A stretch of DNA of 62,903 nucleotides, the filler included, from Hausera hauseri (Eukaryota), in NCBI GenBank assembly GCA_046269625.1. It is 12 parts of 12 records of this genome, joined end to end, with 100 filler letters (N's around TTAATTAATTAA, not from the genome) between each part and the next. Parts side by side here need not be neighbours in the genome. Positions count along the whole stretch, not along the records: positions 1 to 4,413 come from JBJURY010594111.1; positions 4,514 to 9,194 come from JBJURY010477575.1; positions 9,295 to 13,575 come from JBJURY010660108.1; 9 more parts are not named here. One strand, 5' to 3'. A program made the position numbers and the translations under genes. Shown here in pieces: positions 1-13,675 of this stretch (the first letter of the stretch is position 1; every line of letters begins with the position of its first letter). The notes under the pieces are model-generated. The model made no database searches. It had not been told where the DNA came from and worked only from the letters and a program-made list of their open reading frames with translations.

Positions 1-508
1 TGCATTGTGGAAGTTCATATTACTTCGTAAAATAAATTTAAAAAAATTTATTGATTATTGATTGTCAATCCTGTGGTGGTTTGGTGCTGTGTGCTCCTTT
101 CCATCTACTTCGGTTATGAATAACCATTCTTATACATTCAGTTTCTGTTTTTGTACTTCTGGATATCGGTTGCGTTCTGTTTCAAATTGCTGACTGTTTC
201 GGATTGTTCGCGGCATATTTCGACTATGACTTTGATTTTGCTTTTCTTATCGGAGTGTTCATTTTGACGTTGGAAACTGAATTGTCAGTCGTTTGACGTT
301 CGATTTAATCAAACGAGATTCTTGTTTTTCCGCAAAATCCCCCTTTTCTTAGAAAGTAGGGTTTATCAAACAAATCCGGTATGATTAATATTTATTTTGT
401 ACAATTTTTTACGATAGTAAATTAGAACTTTGTGTGTAGTGCTTCCAAGTACTACAGACACCGTAATCAGATAAACAATAAAAGTCACAAATGTAAAGAA
501 AATTTTAT

Positions 509-1156
509 TTATACAACATTTAGCGAATTGATAATTATCTCTGTAAGATTATACACATCTGATGCAACTCCAGCTTTCAGAAATGGGACCTAAAACCATT
601 AATTAATTTACTGACAAATTTCGTACCATTTCAGGCGACTCAACAAAATTACTGGCAGTAACATACCACCTATTCTTATCCCTTCTGTATTCTTCAGCAG
701 CCAATTTATTCACAACTGTTTCCAGATTAGGATTGTTCAATAAATCGTATAACTCATTTAGCATATTAATTGATTTATCTACGGCTGACCAATTCTTTTC
801 TATGGGAAGAAGTGATGTGAAACCTGTGATATCACAAACATTTGGATGCCATATTGGGGTGATGACCTTTATCTATAATATGCATTATGAGTTACTATTC
901 TGTATCAATATGTACCTCTGGCGGATTGAAGGGATACTGGGAAACAAAGTTGAGACTCACAGTGATTCCTTCTGGATAAGGAAGTATTGATGGATAGAAT
1001 TTAAATATGTAATTTGCGCCCATTTTTCCATAGAATTTAAATTTTTCCGAATTACTTTTCTACAAATAATATAAGTTTCATTACGTGGCTGCAATTTACC
1101 TTTTTTATTTCATTCAGTTCAACTTCAATTCGTTTGACATTATTGCATTTTTTCAT
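509..1156 (-). CDS. Ubiquitin-conjugating enzyme E2-fold protein, catalytic Cys replaced by Ser; 4 exons (1156-1100, 1059-916, 872-627, 589-509)
   Basis: Manual splicing over GT-AG introns of 40, 43 and 37 bp gives MKKCNNVKRIEVELNEIKK...YPFNPPE|IKVITPIWHPNVCDITGFTSLLPIEKNWS...LLNNPNLETVVNKLAAEEYRRDK. It has the UBC signatures YPFxPP, HPN and the downstream W. The ORF track missed it. Confidence 0.85.
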
Positions 1157-3929
1157 TTCTTCTCGATTTATGATAATTGTCTAAGAGGTATCAGCTTTTA
1201 TATCGTACGTTTGTGATAAATGAGGATATTTATGACTTAATTCTTTCCTGTTAAATCATTTTGTACGGAAATAAAACGAATGACTACGATGTGTCGTTCG
1301 TTAGTGTGCTTTGGCTAATATAATGTTTCTGTTCAGAATTAATAACACCATTCAATACATTTCCAATAAGAAAATATTACTCCAAAGGGATCCGATTGAT
1401 ACATATTTTGTATCTCACAAATGTTCACTCTCGAGAAATTAAACAACTTGAAATATTGCATCGATAAAACTGAACGAATCGATAATATAATATGAATAGA
1501 AAATATTTGTCATTGAATAATTCTAATGGGGTGATAAGGAATTACTGCCAATAAGTGATTGTTTGAATCGATTAATTTTGAAATAATTGTTCTTGTATTT
1601 ATTTTGTCGTGTATTTATTTTGTCGTGGCATAAAAATTTCTTAGCCACTGGCTTGAGCGTATTCTTCAGTTAATAGCTTAAAGATTCTGAATTCAGTATT
1701 GAATTTTTATTTATCAATTTAATTTTAAAATAGTTTAAATGACAAAACAATACACTCTCGCAGTATCATGACTCAAAGACAAACAATTAAACAGAATAAT
1801 ATTGAGTATATCAAAAATACAATGTTTTTCAGCGAAAGTCTATTTACACGTGTTATCGGATTCATTACAATACTGAACTTAAAAAACCGCACAATTAATA
1901 AAGTAACTATGATGTATCACAACGTTATCTGACGACCTGCCAACTCCTCGTATGAATAATTCTATGTAGGACAAATTTCTATTATCTTCGTCACAAAATT
2001 CGAGTAAATTTCGATATTGTCATAGATACAACAATGCGAATAACCGAGATATGTTATCATACCCGGCATTTTACACATGATAATAATATCACTCAATATC
2101 GACGAAAATTCTGAATGTTCGTTGGAAATGATATGATTTTTTGGCTGACAGTTTGTAAACTCATCTGATTGTCAGGATTATTCGATGGATTGAAATAAAC
2201 TACTCGTGATGTTTTAAAAAACAACTTTAATTTCGACTATAATTTCGATCATAGGGATCGCAATATATTTTGATAATATTTGATTTTACACATGGACTTC
2301 TATCGTGTGGATCAGAAAAATTGTACATTTAGTCTTCAATTTCTTTAATATCAAATTTTTTAGTCAATATTCTGATTTCGTTTTATGAGTTTCCAAGAAA
2401 ATTATTTAAATCTCGCCCGTGGTACTTATAATTTAGCCACCTTCTAAATCAATCGAGTTTGTACCACGAAATCGTGAATCCGACACATTGTCACTGTTTA
2501 TCTTTTCATTTCATTCACATATCTATTTACATACAAATTATATCTCAGAAGAGATTATCTATTATTTAATTTCTTTCCCGATTCGCCCGCATACAATTCT
2601 CAATACATATTGTCAATTTAAATAATTTTGTTTTAATTGACTACATGAGGTTTGAATTGAAATTTCAAAAAATGTATTTTCAGCAGAAAAGTTCGTTTCA
2701 CCAACGCGATGAAAGTCATATATCGTTCTACTAGTACAAATGCAGATGGTAGCGAATATCGTGTACTTAACTAAAATAACACAGCTGCTACTATACACGA
2801 TCAATGTCTTATCACGAGCTACATGATGAAGACGAGCCTTTTGTGGCACATCACAAAACTCCTATGTAACATTTTCCGCTGATGGGACACTACACTTGTC
2901 AATAGCATCCACTACTTAACTGAATATTTACCTAACAAACATCGATCATTCTTTGCGACGTACTCCAAATTATCCTTACTATTGCAGATGGAATATTACC
3001 AGAGATTATGAAATTTATTGTATTGATAAATTATTCAGCATTCGCGTTGTATTCGTGATTTTTATGTTATATTTTATTTTAATCGGCTTAAGAAAGGCTT
3101 CTTAATTTATGGCTACTGCGGTGCTAGCATTAGCCGAATAAAAAAGAAAATGGTTTTTTGTTTAAATAAGTAGACAATAGTGAGCTCTTCACCACACTTC
3201 TATGATTGGTCCGCCGACCAGTTTTCTCCACCAGATTGGCTATTTTGAACATTTCACTAAAATTTTCTCACGACCTCCCCCCAGAAAGTGAGGTCAAGCA
3301 AAGAGGTTCGTACCAGGTGATATCGATAGTGCGTAACGAGGTGAGCAAAAGGTAACAGAGGTGTGGCTTACAGAAATGTAAGGGAGAGGCGCTAGAAGAG
3401 GAAGAAGCAAAACAGGAAATGCTTCATGTATAACGCGAAACATGTAGCTAGCACTGAAAAAATGTGTACAAGGGGTAAATCTATATCGGCGATTGCAATG
3501 GAAACTATTGCAAGTCGGTTAGACCATTGGGACATTGGGAAAATCGATGGGAAAATTTTAAGCGGGTAAAATTTCCCCATGTTCAAGTTTGCCGATGATG
3601 CAAATTTATCTAATACATTGCCCATAAGTTGGGGAAATTTTCATATTATAGCCGCCTCACGATCAGACCAATGGATCGGGGTGAAAAATGAAATCGAACG
3701 AACGAAAAAACGCATTGTTGAAAAGTCTACATCATCATCGTTGTAAATGCCTTCATTCATTTTGTAAAAAGTCGTGTGAATTTTATTTTATACGACGACA
3801 ACGACGACGAACTCATAATTGAGTACTACTACTCACAAGGAGAATGATTGTGATCAATGAAAATATCATTATTTCACATGATTTGTACACAAAAAAACAA
3901 CAACAGCAATAACATAATACACATATATT

Positions 3930-4290
3930 TCACAAAAGTGATCGTAACGTAAGCCACAATAAGCAGTAATGTCCACATAGTATAGTTATTGGATGTTGAT
4001 AATGAATTCGATTATATTCAACACGGTATGAAGATGATGGCCGTTCAATTTGAGAAACTAACGATGACGGATAGTAAAATCCGAGTGGATCGAATACTCT
4101 GCCGACGTTGGTCGGACGGACGTACACAGCAATCCAGTGTTCACCTGGCAACGGTGAAGTTTGTGTATTGACAATAAAGCCACCAATTTATTGTTAATCA
4201 CGCGGCACACAGTCCGGTGGAAACACGCCCCGAAATTTCACACCCAAGAGCAGTTTTCCGTAGTGCCTGAGCTCGGTGGAGCTAAATGTG
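3930..4290 (-). pseudogene. Adenain-like cysteine protease of Polinton/Maverick type, with in-frame stops
   Basis: FRGVFPPDCVP...GGFIVNTQTSPLPGEHWIAVY...FDPLG...YQHPITILCGHYCL carries the H, D, Q and C catalytic motifs of Polinton/adenovirus proteases. Confidence 0.85.
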
Positions 4291-4413
4291 AATTAAGTAT
4301 AACAGTAATAAATTACTTCATAGTACGACAAAGAAGAAGAAGAAAAGGTGAGACAGCGGATTTTACTTATACAATAATGGTTCCGTTTTTCGTTATTTCA
4401 ACCTCGGCATCAA

Positions 4414-4513
4414 NNNNNNNNNNNNNNNNNNNNNNNNNNNNNNNNNNNNNNNNNNNNTTAATTAATTAANNNNNNNNNNNNNNNNNNNNNNNNNNNNNNN
4501 NNNNNNNNNNNNN
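4414..4513. other. Artificial contig linker N-TTAATTAATTAA-N (also 9195-9294, 13576-13675, 17769-17868, 25482-25581, 30302-30401, 34931-35030, 39569-39668, 43625-43724, 51347-51446, 58413-58512)
   Basis: The same 100-bp spacer, with stops in all six frames, occurs 11 times. There is also a 10-N gap at 42582-42591. Confidence 0.98.
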
Positions 4514-5290
4514 TAAATCGAAGGTACATGAGATTGCTGAGATGGTAAGCATCTCACTTAAACATGTGCGCAACATTTTACATAATTGTTTGAACATGCG
4601 AAAGCTATGTGCTCGATGAGTGCCGTGCATGCTCACTGAGCAGCAAAAGTTGATTTTTCTCAACATAGTTTGGAAACGTTCAAGCATAATTGGAAGGAAT
4701 TTTTGCGCCACTCTGTAACTGCTGATGAAACATGGATACATCTCTACACAACGGAGGCCAAGGAACATTCAAAACAAATGGGTGAAAACTGGTGGAATTG
4801 CACCAAAGCGGTCGAAAAGGCAACAATTGGCTGGCAAGTTTATAGCAATTGTTTTTTGGAATGTGCATGGTATAATTCATATTAACTATCTGCAACATGG
4901 AAAAACAATCACTTCGCTATATTACAGTGAATTATTGGATCTATTCGATGCTGCAAACAAGGCAAAACAAGCAAATTTAGCGAAGAAAAGTATTCTGTTT
5001 CATCAAGACAATACACCGACTCATAAAGCAATTAAAACGATGGCCAAATTGACCGAATTGGGCTATGAATTGGTTCCCCATCATCCGTATTCTCCAGATT
5101 TGGTACCCTGCAATTAATATATGTTCCCAAACTTGAAGAGGTGGTTACGTGGCCTAAGATTTTGCTCAAATGAAGATGTTATTGCCGAAACAAATGCCAA
5201 TTTTGACGAATTGAGGACAGACTACTATAAAAAGGCACGAAGTGTATTGAGTAGGAAGGCAACTACGTTGAATTTTCGCAAAAAGGTCCG
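4514..5290 (+). mobile_element. Mariner (DD34D) transposase remnant
   Basis: CARW(*)VP, VTADETWIH, FHQDNTPTH and HHPYSPDLVPCN motifs, with frameshifts and stops. Confidence 0.92.
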
Positions 5291-6779
5291 AGACTTCAAA
5301 CCGCTTATTGTCATTTTTATACAGGTAATTTTATGATGTTAATGCAACATTTACAAATTTATTATCCAATTTAATAATTTTGTGAACTGTTTCACATATC
5401 TTACAATCAGAACTATTTGCAGATTAGTCCCTAAACAATATGTCCCGCTTCACTAAATCGGTAATTTTATGATTTATTAGTCATTGTTAATTCATTTTTG
5501 GTAACGGAAAAACTCGAAATGTTTTCGTGGTAAAAATGGGGAAATATTGATGAAAGATGTGTAAATATGGTGAAAATTATAAAAATAGGTGAAAATATGC
5601 AAATGAGTGTTTTTGTGGAAAATGGTGCAAAAATGAGGTTTTTATATAGGATGAAAGGTCGGTTTTGCTATCTACTCATTTCTTTGTCGCTGCATAGCTA
5701 ATTTATGTAGTGACGTAACGGACCGTGGCGTGGGACTCACTGACATAGGACAGACGGCCGGGCAATCGGTCACACTGTGATGCACCCGAAAATTCGGGGG
5801 ACCGAATCCCCTCCAGTGGGTCAAGTCAGAGATACAAACCTCAATTTCGGTATGTATCTGTTGCCACAAAATGCTGTCGAAAAAGAGTAGCAATTCAATT
5901 CCAATGAGTTGTGTACGGGTACAAAACTGCGTAGCAGCCCAAGTGGAAAAAGGCGAGACATGTTGACGGAACATATCGGAATGTATCATAATTTCCCCGT
6001 CATCACCAAGTTTCAATGGTAATAAAACTCCAACATCGGTGAATGTCAACAAGTATGGAACAGAATGTTGTAAACTTGGAGCACTTTTCAATTTCTTCGA
6101 AAAAACGCCAAATAATAGTTTAAACTTCGCGTACGAAGTATGTTGGTAGAGAATTAAAAGTTTGCCGATAGTTTTAAAATATTTCTCGGAATTAGTACAG
6201 TTGTAAAGTAAGCGGAACAACGCAGCCCTCCATGTGGATAAATTGCAATGACCATTTCAACGAGTGGAAAATGTTTACCGGCGCCAAGAAACAATACTTT
6301 AATAAATGCAAGGAGGAAAATTCCGCATGAAGTGAAAATTTCCATCACGTTTACAAGAGAAATAGCTGAATTCGGGAACAGAATAACTTCAGTGACCTCG
6401 GGCGACTTGACAGGGAAGGAGCTATCGCGATTCTTAAATTGATTGGGGTAATGAAAATCAACAGTAAAACGATATATAAAAAATATGGCAACAGCGGGAA
6501 ATAAAATGTTTTTAAAAGGTATAAGAAAAAAACAGTTGCTGACAAATCTGCACACAAGTATCACTCTTATCCCATCGTGCACCAACGATCATAGCGTGGA
6601 AGTGTCAATAAAGACCGTAGAGGAACATAGTGATTTCTTTCACGCAACATCTCCAAAACGAAACTGATTGACCCATTGACCGAATGCGTCAGGTTCCATT
6701 CGTGTCTCGTCTATTGCCAACGGTAACTCACCATGTGATACACTGATGTCACGGACGCAAATTGCCACCGGCCAGAATC

Positions 6780-8778
6780 TGGGTGTTTTCTGAGATTCCG
6801 AAGAAACTCGTTCGATTTGCGTAATCAATTCTCTAACGATTTTTTGATGGGCTGTTACTAAATCGTTTTGACACGAAGTGTCTAGGAAGGCTTTAGCAAT
6901 TTGTTCGGCAAAACTTGCATAGTTCAAAACAAACGGTAAAATTCCGCAACGGGATTTCCTCGATATAAAATCACGGAAGGAAGCAATACATCCATCTATA
7001 AAACTGTTAAAAGACCGCTTGGCTTGTAAAAACAAAACGCCCCAAGTTATCTGAAGAAACTCGTACGAAGAGTTGTCAAATTGTCGATTAACAACGACAA
7101 CCCTACGAATTTGATTTGAATCGTGTTGTTCTAGTACTTGGATGAAAGTGGTTAAATGATCAGTAAGTTGAGCAAATACGACATTGGATTCTTGACACAA
7201 ATATTCGATTTTCTCCATTGCACCAGTTTTCATATTGAATGGTTCGTTTCGCTCGGATGAAAGTCGACAATCAAGTCAGAATAAACAAACCGGAAATTCT
7301 TTTTCAAGAACAAGAGGTTGTAATTTAGACATAAATGCTTCAAAAATAATTTCGAAATTATCCGATAATGCAAGTCTGACGGGATCACTTGGAATGCTAC
7401 TACCGGTTTCCATTGCATGTTTTCCTCAAAGTTTATCGTGAAGCTTTAGGTGTGTGCGATACTACTTTAACAGGCGTGCCGGATTGACCTTTTACAATCA
7501 ATTTGTTTCGAACCATGTCGATAAGGTTAGATATTTCTTGATTGTACACCGTAGACATTTTTTTCAGATATACCAATTGTAAATTTTGGAACAACTTCGG
7601 TTGATTGTTTTTGAACCAAATTATGAAATCAGCGAACGGTTCTAATTCAAGTCGACTGTTACACTGCGTGTCTATAAGTTTATCAGCGTTTCCTGTTGAC
7701 GCGCCCATCAGTTTATTGTACAATCTCCTCAGGGCATTATTAAATTCCGTTGCGATGTTTCTTGAAATGTCATCGGCTATTTTATTTATTTTGATACTGC
7801 TGAGATCACCAAAATTGAGATGAGTTAAGGGCTTAATGTGATTTTGTCCTAATGTAATGCGTTCAAGCAACTGTTCAAGAGTTGCTTGCAAAAGATCGCG
7901 ATTACGACTTGTAAGACGTACGATTTCATCACGATCTCTAAGACATGACATGGATGACTCGACTTCTGCAAGAAAGAGTTCATATATGGAAAATTTACTT
8001 TCCAACTGTTCGATTTGTTCTGTCGCCGAGTCAAGATTAACCATCAATTGTAGCAGTTGATTTTCCGATGACATAATCGAATGCACGTTAGTACCTTCCA
8101 TCGCTAATAAATGTTGTCGCAAATATTGTCTACTGAAATTCAACAGCATTTATAACAGCATCCGTTGCTGCAAATTTTCTTCTTCTTCCGTATTCAAATT
8201 TGGGTTTCGACTGAAGTCATCTTGATCCTGTACGGTTGAATCCCCGTCAGCATTACCGGAATCCAGTGTTGTTGATTTTCCGGGACTATAGATTTCTTCA
8301 AGGTTAATACTAATCGGTAAATGGATGAATGTAATGCAACTGAAAAGAATGACATTTTGCAAGTACATAACTCGCATAAGTCCATTAATAAATCTATGTT
8401 TATCCTCGATCATATTCGCAAATATCCGTTTACTGCTTCCGTCGGAACATTTGAATTCTATATCAAAACTTGGTTGATTTGGTGAATCATGACAATCAAC
8501 ACATGTTAAATTTTTGACGACTGAAATTAATTTCCGTTTTAATTCATTCTTTTCAGATTTCTTAACAATATAGATGAAAATATTCGGTGAATTATTCATT
8601 GAGACTAAAATAAGGTAATAAAAGTTCAAACTTCGAAAAAAGAAAAATAATCTAACCAGATAGAACTAAAATTGCCTTCTTTTTCTTATTTGGTGTCGTT
8701 GACACATTTATATGAGATTCAATTCGCTCACTAAAGCTATAGAAATATTTAAGAAGAGTATCTTGAGAAACATCCATG
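6780..8778 (-). pseudogene. EXOC1: Exocyst complex component 1 (Sec3) disrupted copy
   Basis: LAMEGTNVHSIMSSENQ, NFEIIFEAFMSKLQPL, KSRCGILPFV and ERVSSESQKTPR match EXOC1. There is an in-frame TAA at 8150-8152, further disruption near 7430, and similarity ends after KTPR. Confidence 0.8.
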
Positions 8779-9520
8779 AAAATTTTTAAATAATTCAACA
8801 GCAGAAAATATCAAACAGACTGTCTATAAATTAAAAAATAATTTATCGGAAAACTTCTAATGTTTATGCTTAATTATCAATATGTAAAATAACAAATTGA
8901 ATGTGTATGTATGTAAACCCGAGTGAAACATATAGAATCGTGTTTCGGTGATTAAATTCAATAGATTGTATTTGTTATAGGATATTTGCTCTTATTACAT
9001 ATATTCCAACTAATAATTGTACAATTTACCCATAATCTAAGCATGCGCCATTTTAATATTGCCTAATAGTTTTCATTATTTCTTGTTCTATTTGGTTATT
9101 TATGTACCATTTTTGTTCAGTAATACTAAATAATTTCACTGACTTTATTTCGTTAATATCCTTTTACAAATTTTATATTTTGTATACATGATCANNNNNN
9201 NNNNNNNNNNNNNNNNNNNNNNNNNNNNNNNNNNNNNNTTAATTAATTAANNNNNNNNNNNNNNNNNNNNNNNNNNNNNNNNNNNNNNNNNNNNATATTG
9301 TTAAAAGTTAAAAAGTATGGTTATCAAATAAATGTAAAAATTAAATTGAGAACTTTACACAACAATTGAAAATGTTAGAATTGAGTGTAAAATGTTCGTT
9401 TGATTATTGTTTGGGAATATTATTTAAGTACCTAAAAAGATTTCTGAACATGTTTGTTTAAATATTTGTAAATAAACAGCAACTTTTTAAATTGTTTGCT
9501 TTTATTTGTTCGCTGTTCCA

Positions 9521-9886
9521 ATGGAAATTGATCTTTCCAATCCACCGATATCCGTAACGAATTTCGATGTTTATAGAATTGTTAAGGAAATGGAAATAAC
9601 GAAACAAAATGAAGGTGTCGCTCCATTGTTAGTTCATACTACCGTGAAATATTTCGAAAATGAAACTGACGTTTCTCACATGTCTGAAGAAAGCATTTTG
9701 GCGTTTCAGACATATGCGAAAAATAAAGGATTTAACAAAGATGAAGCATTTAATTGTATAAATATTCTCCCTCGTAATCGTGGCACTTTAACACCAATTC
9801 TGCAGAATCTGACTCAGCGGTTTACTGACGACGATGTTGATGAGATTTTGTTGAAGATCAATGAGCTTTTTCCAAAGATGCAATAA
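9521..9886 (+). CDS. CRCP: RNA polymerase III subunit RPC9 (C17/CGRP-RCP)
   Basis: Intronless ORF with VTNFDVYRIV at the N-terminus and EAFNCINILP...QRFTDDDVDEIL at the C-terminus, matching the Rpb4/RPC9 HRDC pattern. Confidence 0.75.
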   Translation: MEIDLSNPPISVTNFDVYRIVKEMEITKQNEGVAPLLVHTTVKYFENETDVSHMSEESILAFQTYAKNKGFNKDEAFNCINILPRNRGTLTPILQNLTQRFTDDDVDEILLKINELFPKMQ

Positions 9887-11543
9887 TGGTTTTTAGAACT
9901 TGTAGAAATTAATAAATTAAGTTTGTTTTGTCATTTTTGGTGGACCCGTAACGAAGTTATTGGTGTTTATTCATTTATTTGTGTAATTTTGACTTCTGTT
10001 ATTTGGTGTGAATTGTTATTATACGAAGGGAGTTTGTTGTAAAATTTCAAAATATTATTCTTATTCAAATGTCTAATCGGATAATTTATTTTTCTAATAT
10101 TTATAAGACCGATATAGTAAGGGAATAATTTATTTTTCAGAAATTTCATCACTGACATTTTCCAGCAATTGATAATTTCCCATATTCTATTGATGTATAT
10201 TTTCTAATTTTATGTTCCTGTTTTTTTAGAAATATAATAGACTGTTGTATTATTGTTTAGTTTATATTTAATTGATGTATGTAATTGAGTATATTTGTAC
10301 AAAAACATGCAGAGGTAAACTTATGCCATCAACGACCTCTCTTGGTTTTTGTTGACTACCAAGTTGTCGAGACTTGATAGACTTTGCAACCGAACCCGAT
10401 TTATCAGTCATCATGTTAAAAGGCAATATTGCTTCCATATGTCATCAGTTTGTTCATAGATTAAAACCAATTTATATAACAATTATATTATGTTATCAGT
10501 GGGAAAATAAATAGTTGAGGAACTATCAATAGAGCAAAGTAATTGAAATTATTTGTTTTTATATTCGTTTTGACCCACTCAACCTTCTTTAAGATCCTTA
10601 GACTTATAATTTTCATATTTTCACAAACATTCTTTGGAACATTAGTGTGCATACGTAAATGTTTTGTTGGTTTCCGCATTTTGATTTTATATCCGTAGGT
10701 TTCACCTTACAATTACATTATCGACATTTTTCAATTTCCTCCCATAACATTGGGATTTTATGTATACTTTAATATTATATTGTAATTCAGAATAAATGTT
10801 AAAATCAATTTAATTATTATTCATATATCATAATAATTTTTGTAAATTATCCACAATAAAGTTATAAAACCCTTCCATAAAATTTATATATTAAGAAAGG
10901 ATAGTGTTTATTTTATAGTTATGATTGTTTGCAGTCACTCAAGAGCTATTTGAATTGAAACTCGCACCCCATGTATGCAAAATGTGTCGAACATTTTAAT
11001 CTATCCGCATTAATCAATTTTTCAGTAAATGCATTTTACACCTATCGAAATTCAAATATAGAACATCGAATTTAAAATTTGTTTTAATTAAGATAAGTAT
11101 AACCAAATCACTTTTACATGTAATAAGAATTCTAATTAAAGTTCCCTGAATTTCAAATTTCTTTGGTTTGAGTCTTTAATTTAATATAAAAAGTCAACGA
11201 CTGTTCAGGGTATGTACTGAATATTTTTTTCACAAAACACCAGTAGTATATGGCTTTAGTTTCTGAATGCAGGTGTAAGACAAACTATTAATTTTACACA
11301 TCCTACAAAATTTTAACTTTGTAACGGAAAGCTACATTTGTTGAAAAGATCAAAATATTATTTAATTGGGCGAATACTGCACTATCGCCGAATATATCGC
11401 TTTGTCAAAATTGTACAATTGGTACCAAAACTTTTTAATCACCTGATTTGTTTTAAAAATCAACATTACAATTTATAAACAAAATTAGTGAAATATTGAA
11501 ATTTTGACGTCATTACGTACTAAAAATTTTTTTTGCTTCTATT

Positions 11544-13050
<1,507 letters not shown>

Positions 13051-13675
13051 GTAAGTTACTCTCGAGTCGTATTTCAATTAGACGAATGTTCAAATTATAA
13101 AAAAGAAAAGAGACTTTCCAATAACAATGACAAAACTAATTTTAATTTTGCTAAACAACACTTAAGTCATCACCTTCAATACAACATAAATCGAATATAT
13201 GTCATGTAAATAGCTGAAAAATAATGGCAAATTTTTAGATAAAATTAAACAACGTCATTAAACAGAAAAACGGACTTTACAAAATCCGAGTTGATGAACT
13301 TTTCAATGGACAAGGTACGAAATTTGGTTATGGCGATATTAAATCATGCAATAACTGTATTTCATCAAATGGTAAACAAATAATTTCAAAATTTAAAATT
13401 CTAAAATCTAATTTAATTCATGAAAATAGAAGACGAATTGCAGAATCTATTTTGCAACTTAGTAAATAGAAGTGAGGACATGAGGCCAATCGTCCACTCC
13501 GCATGGAAGGAAAGTAACCAATTGGAGCGGGACATGTCATCGGGGGTAGGAAAACTGACCAACCACAAAGCACCANNNNNNNNNNNNNNNNNNNNNNNNN
13601 NNNNNNNNNNNNNNNNNNNTTAATTAATTAANNNNNNNNNNNNNNNNNNNNNNNNNNNNNNNNNNNNNNNNNNNN

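Noticed and set aside
733-990. 85-aa plus-strand ORF
   Set aside because: It is the antisense shadow of the spliced E2-like gene.
1250-3100. Possible decayed coding sequence
   Set aside because: I could not find a consistent frame or a recognisable motif.
3930-4290. Treating the Polinton protease as part of the polB elements
   Set aside because: It lies on a different contig, so linkage cannot be shown from this window.
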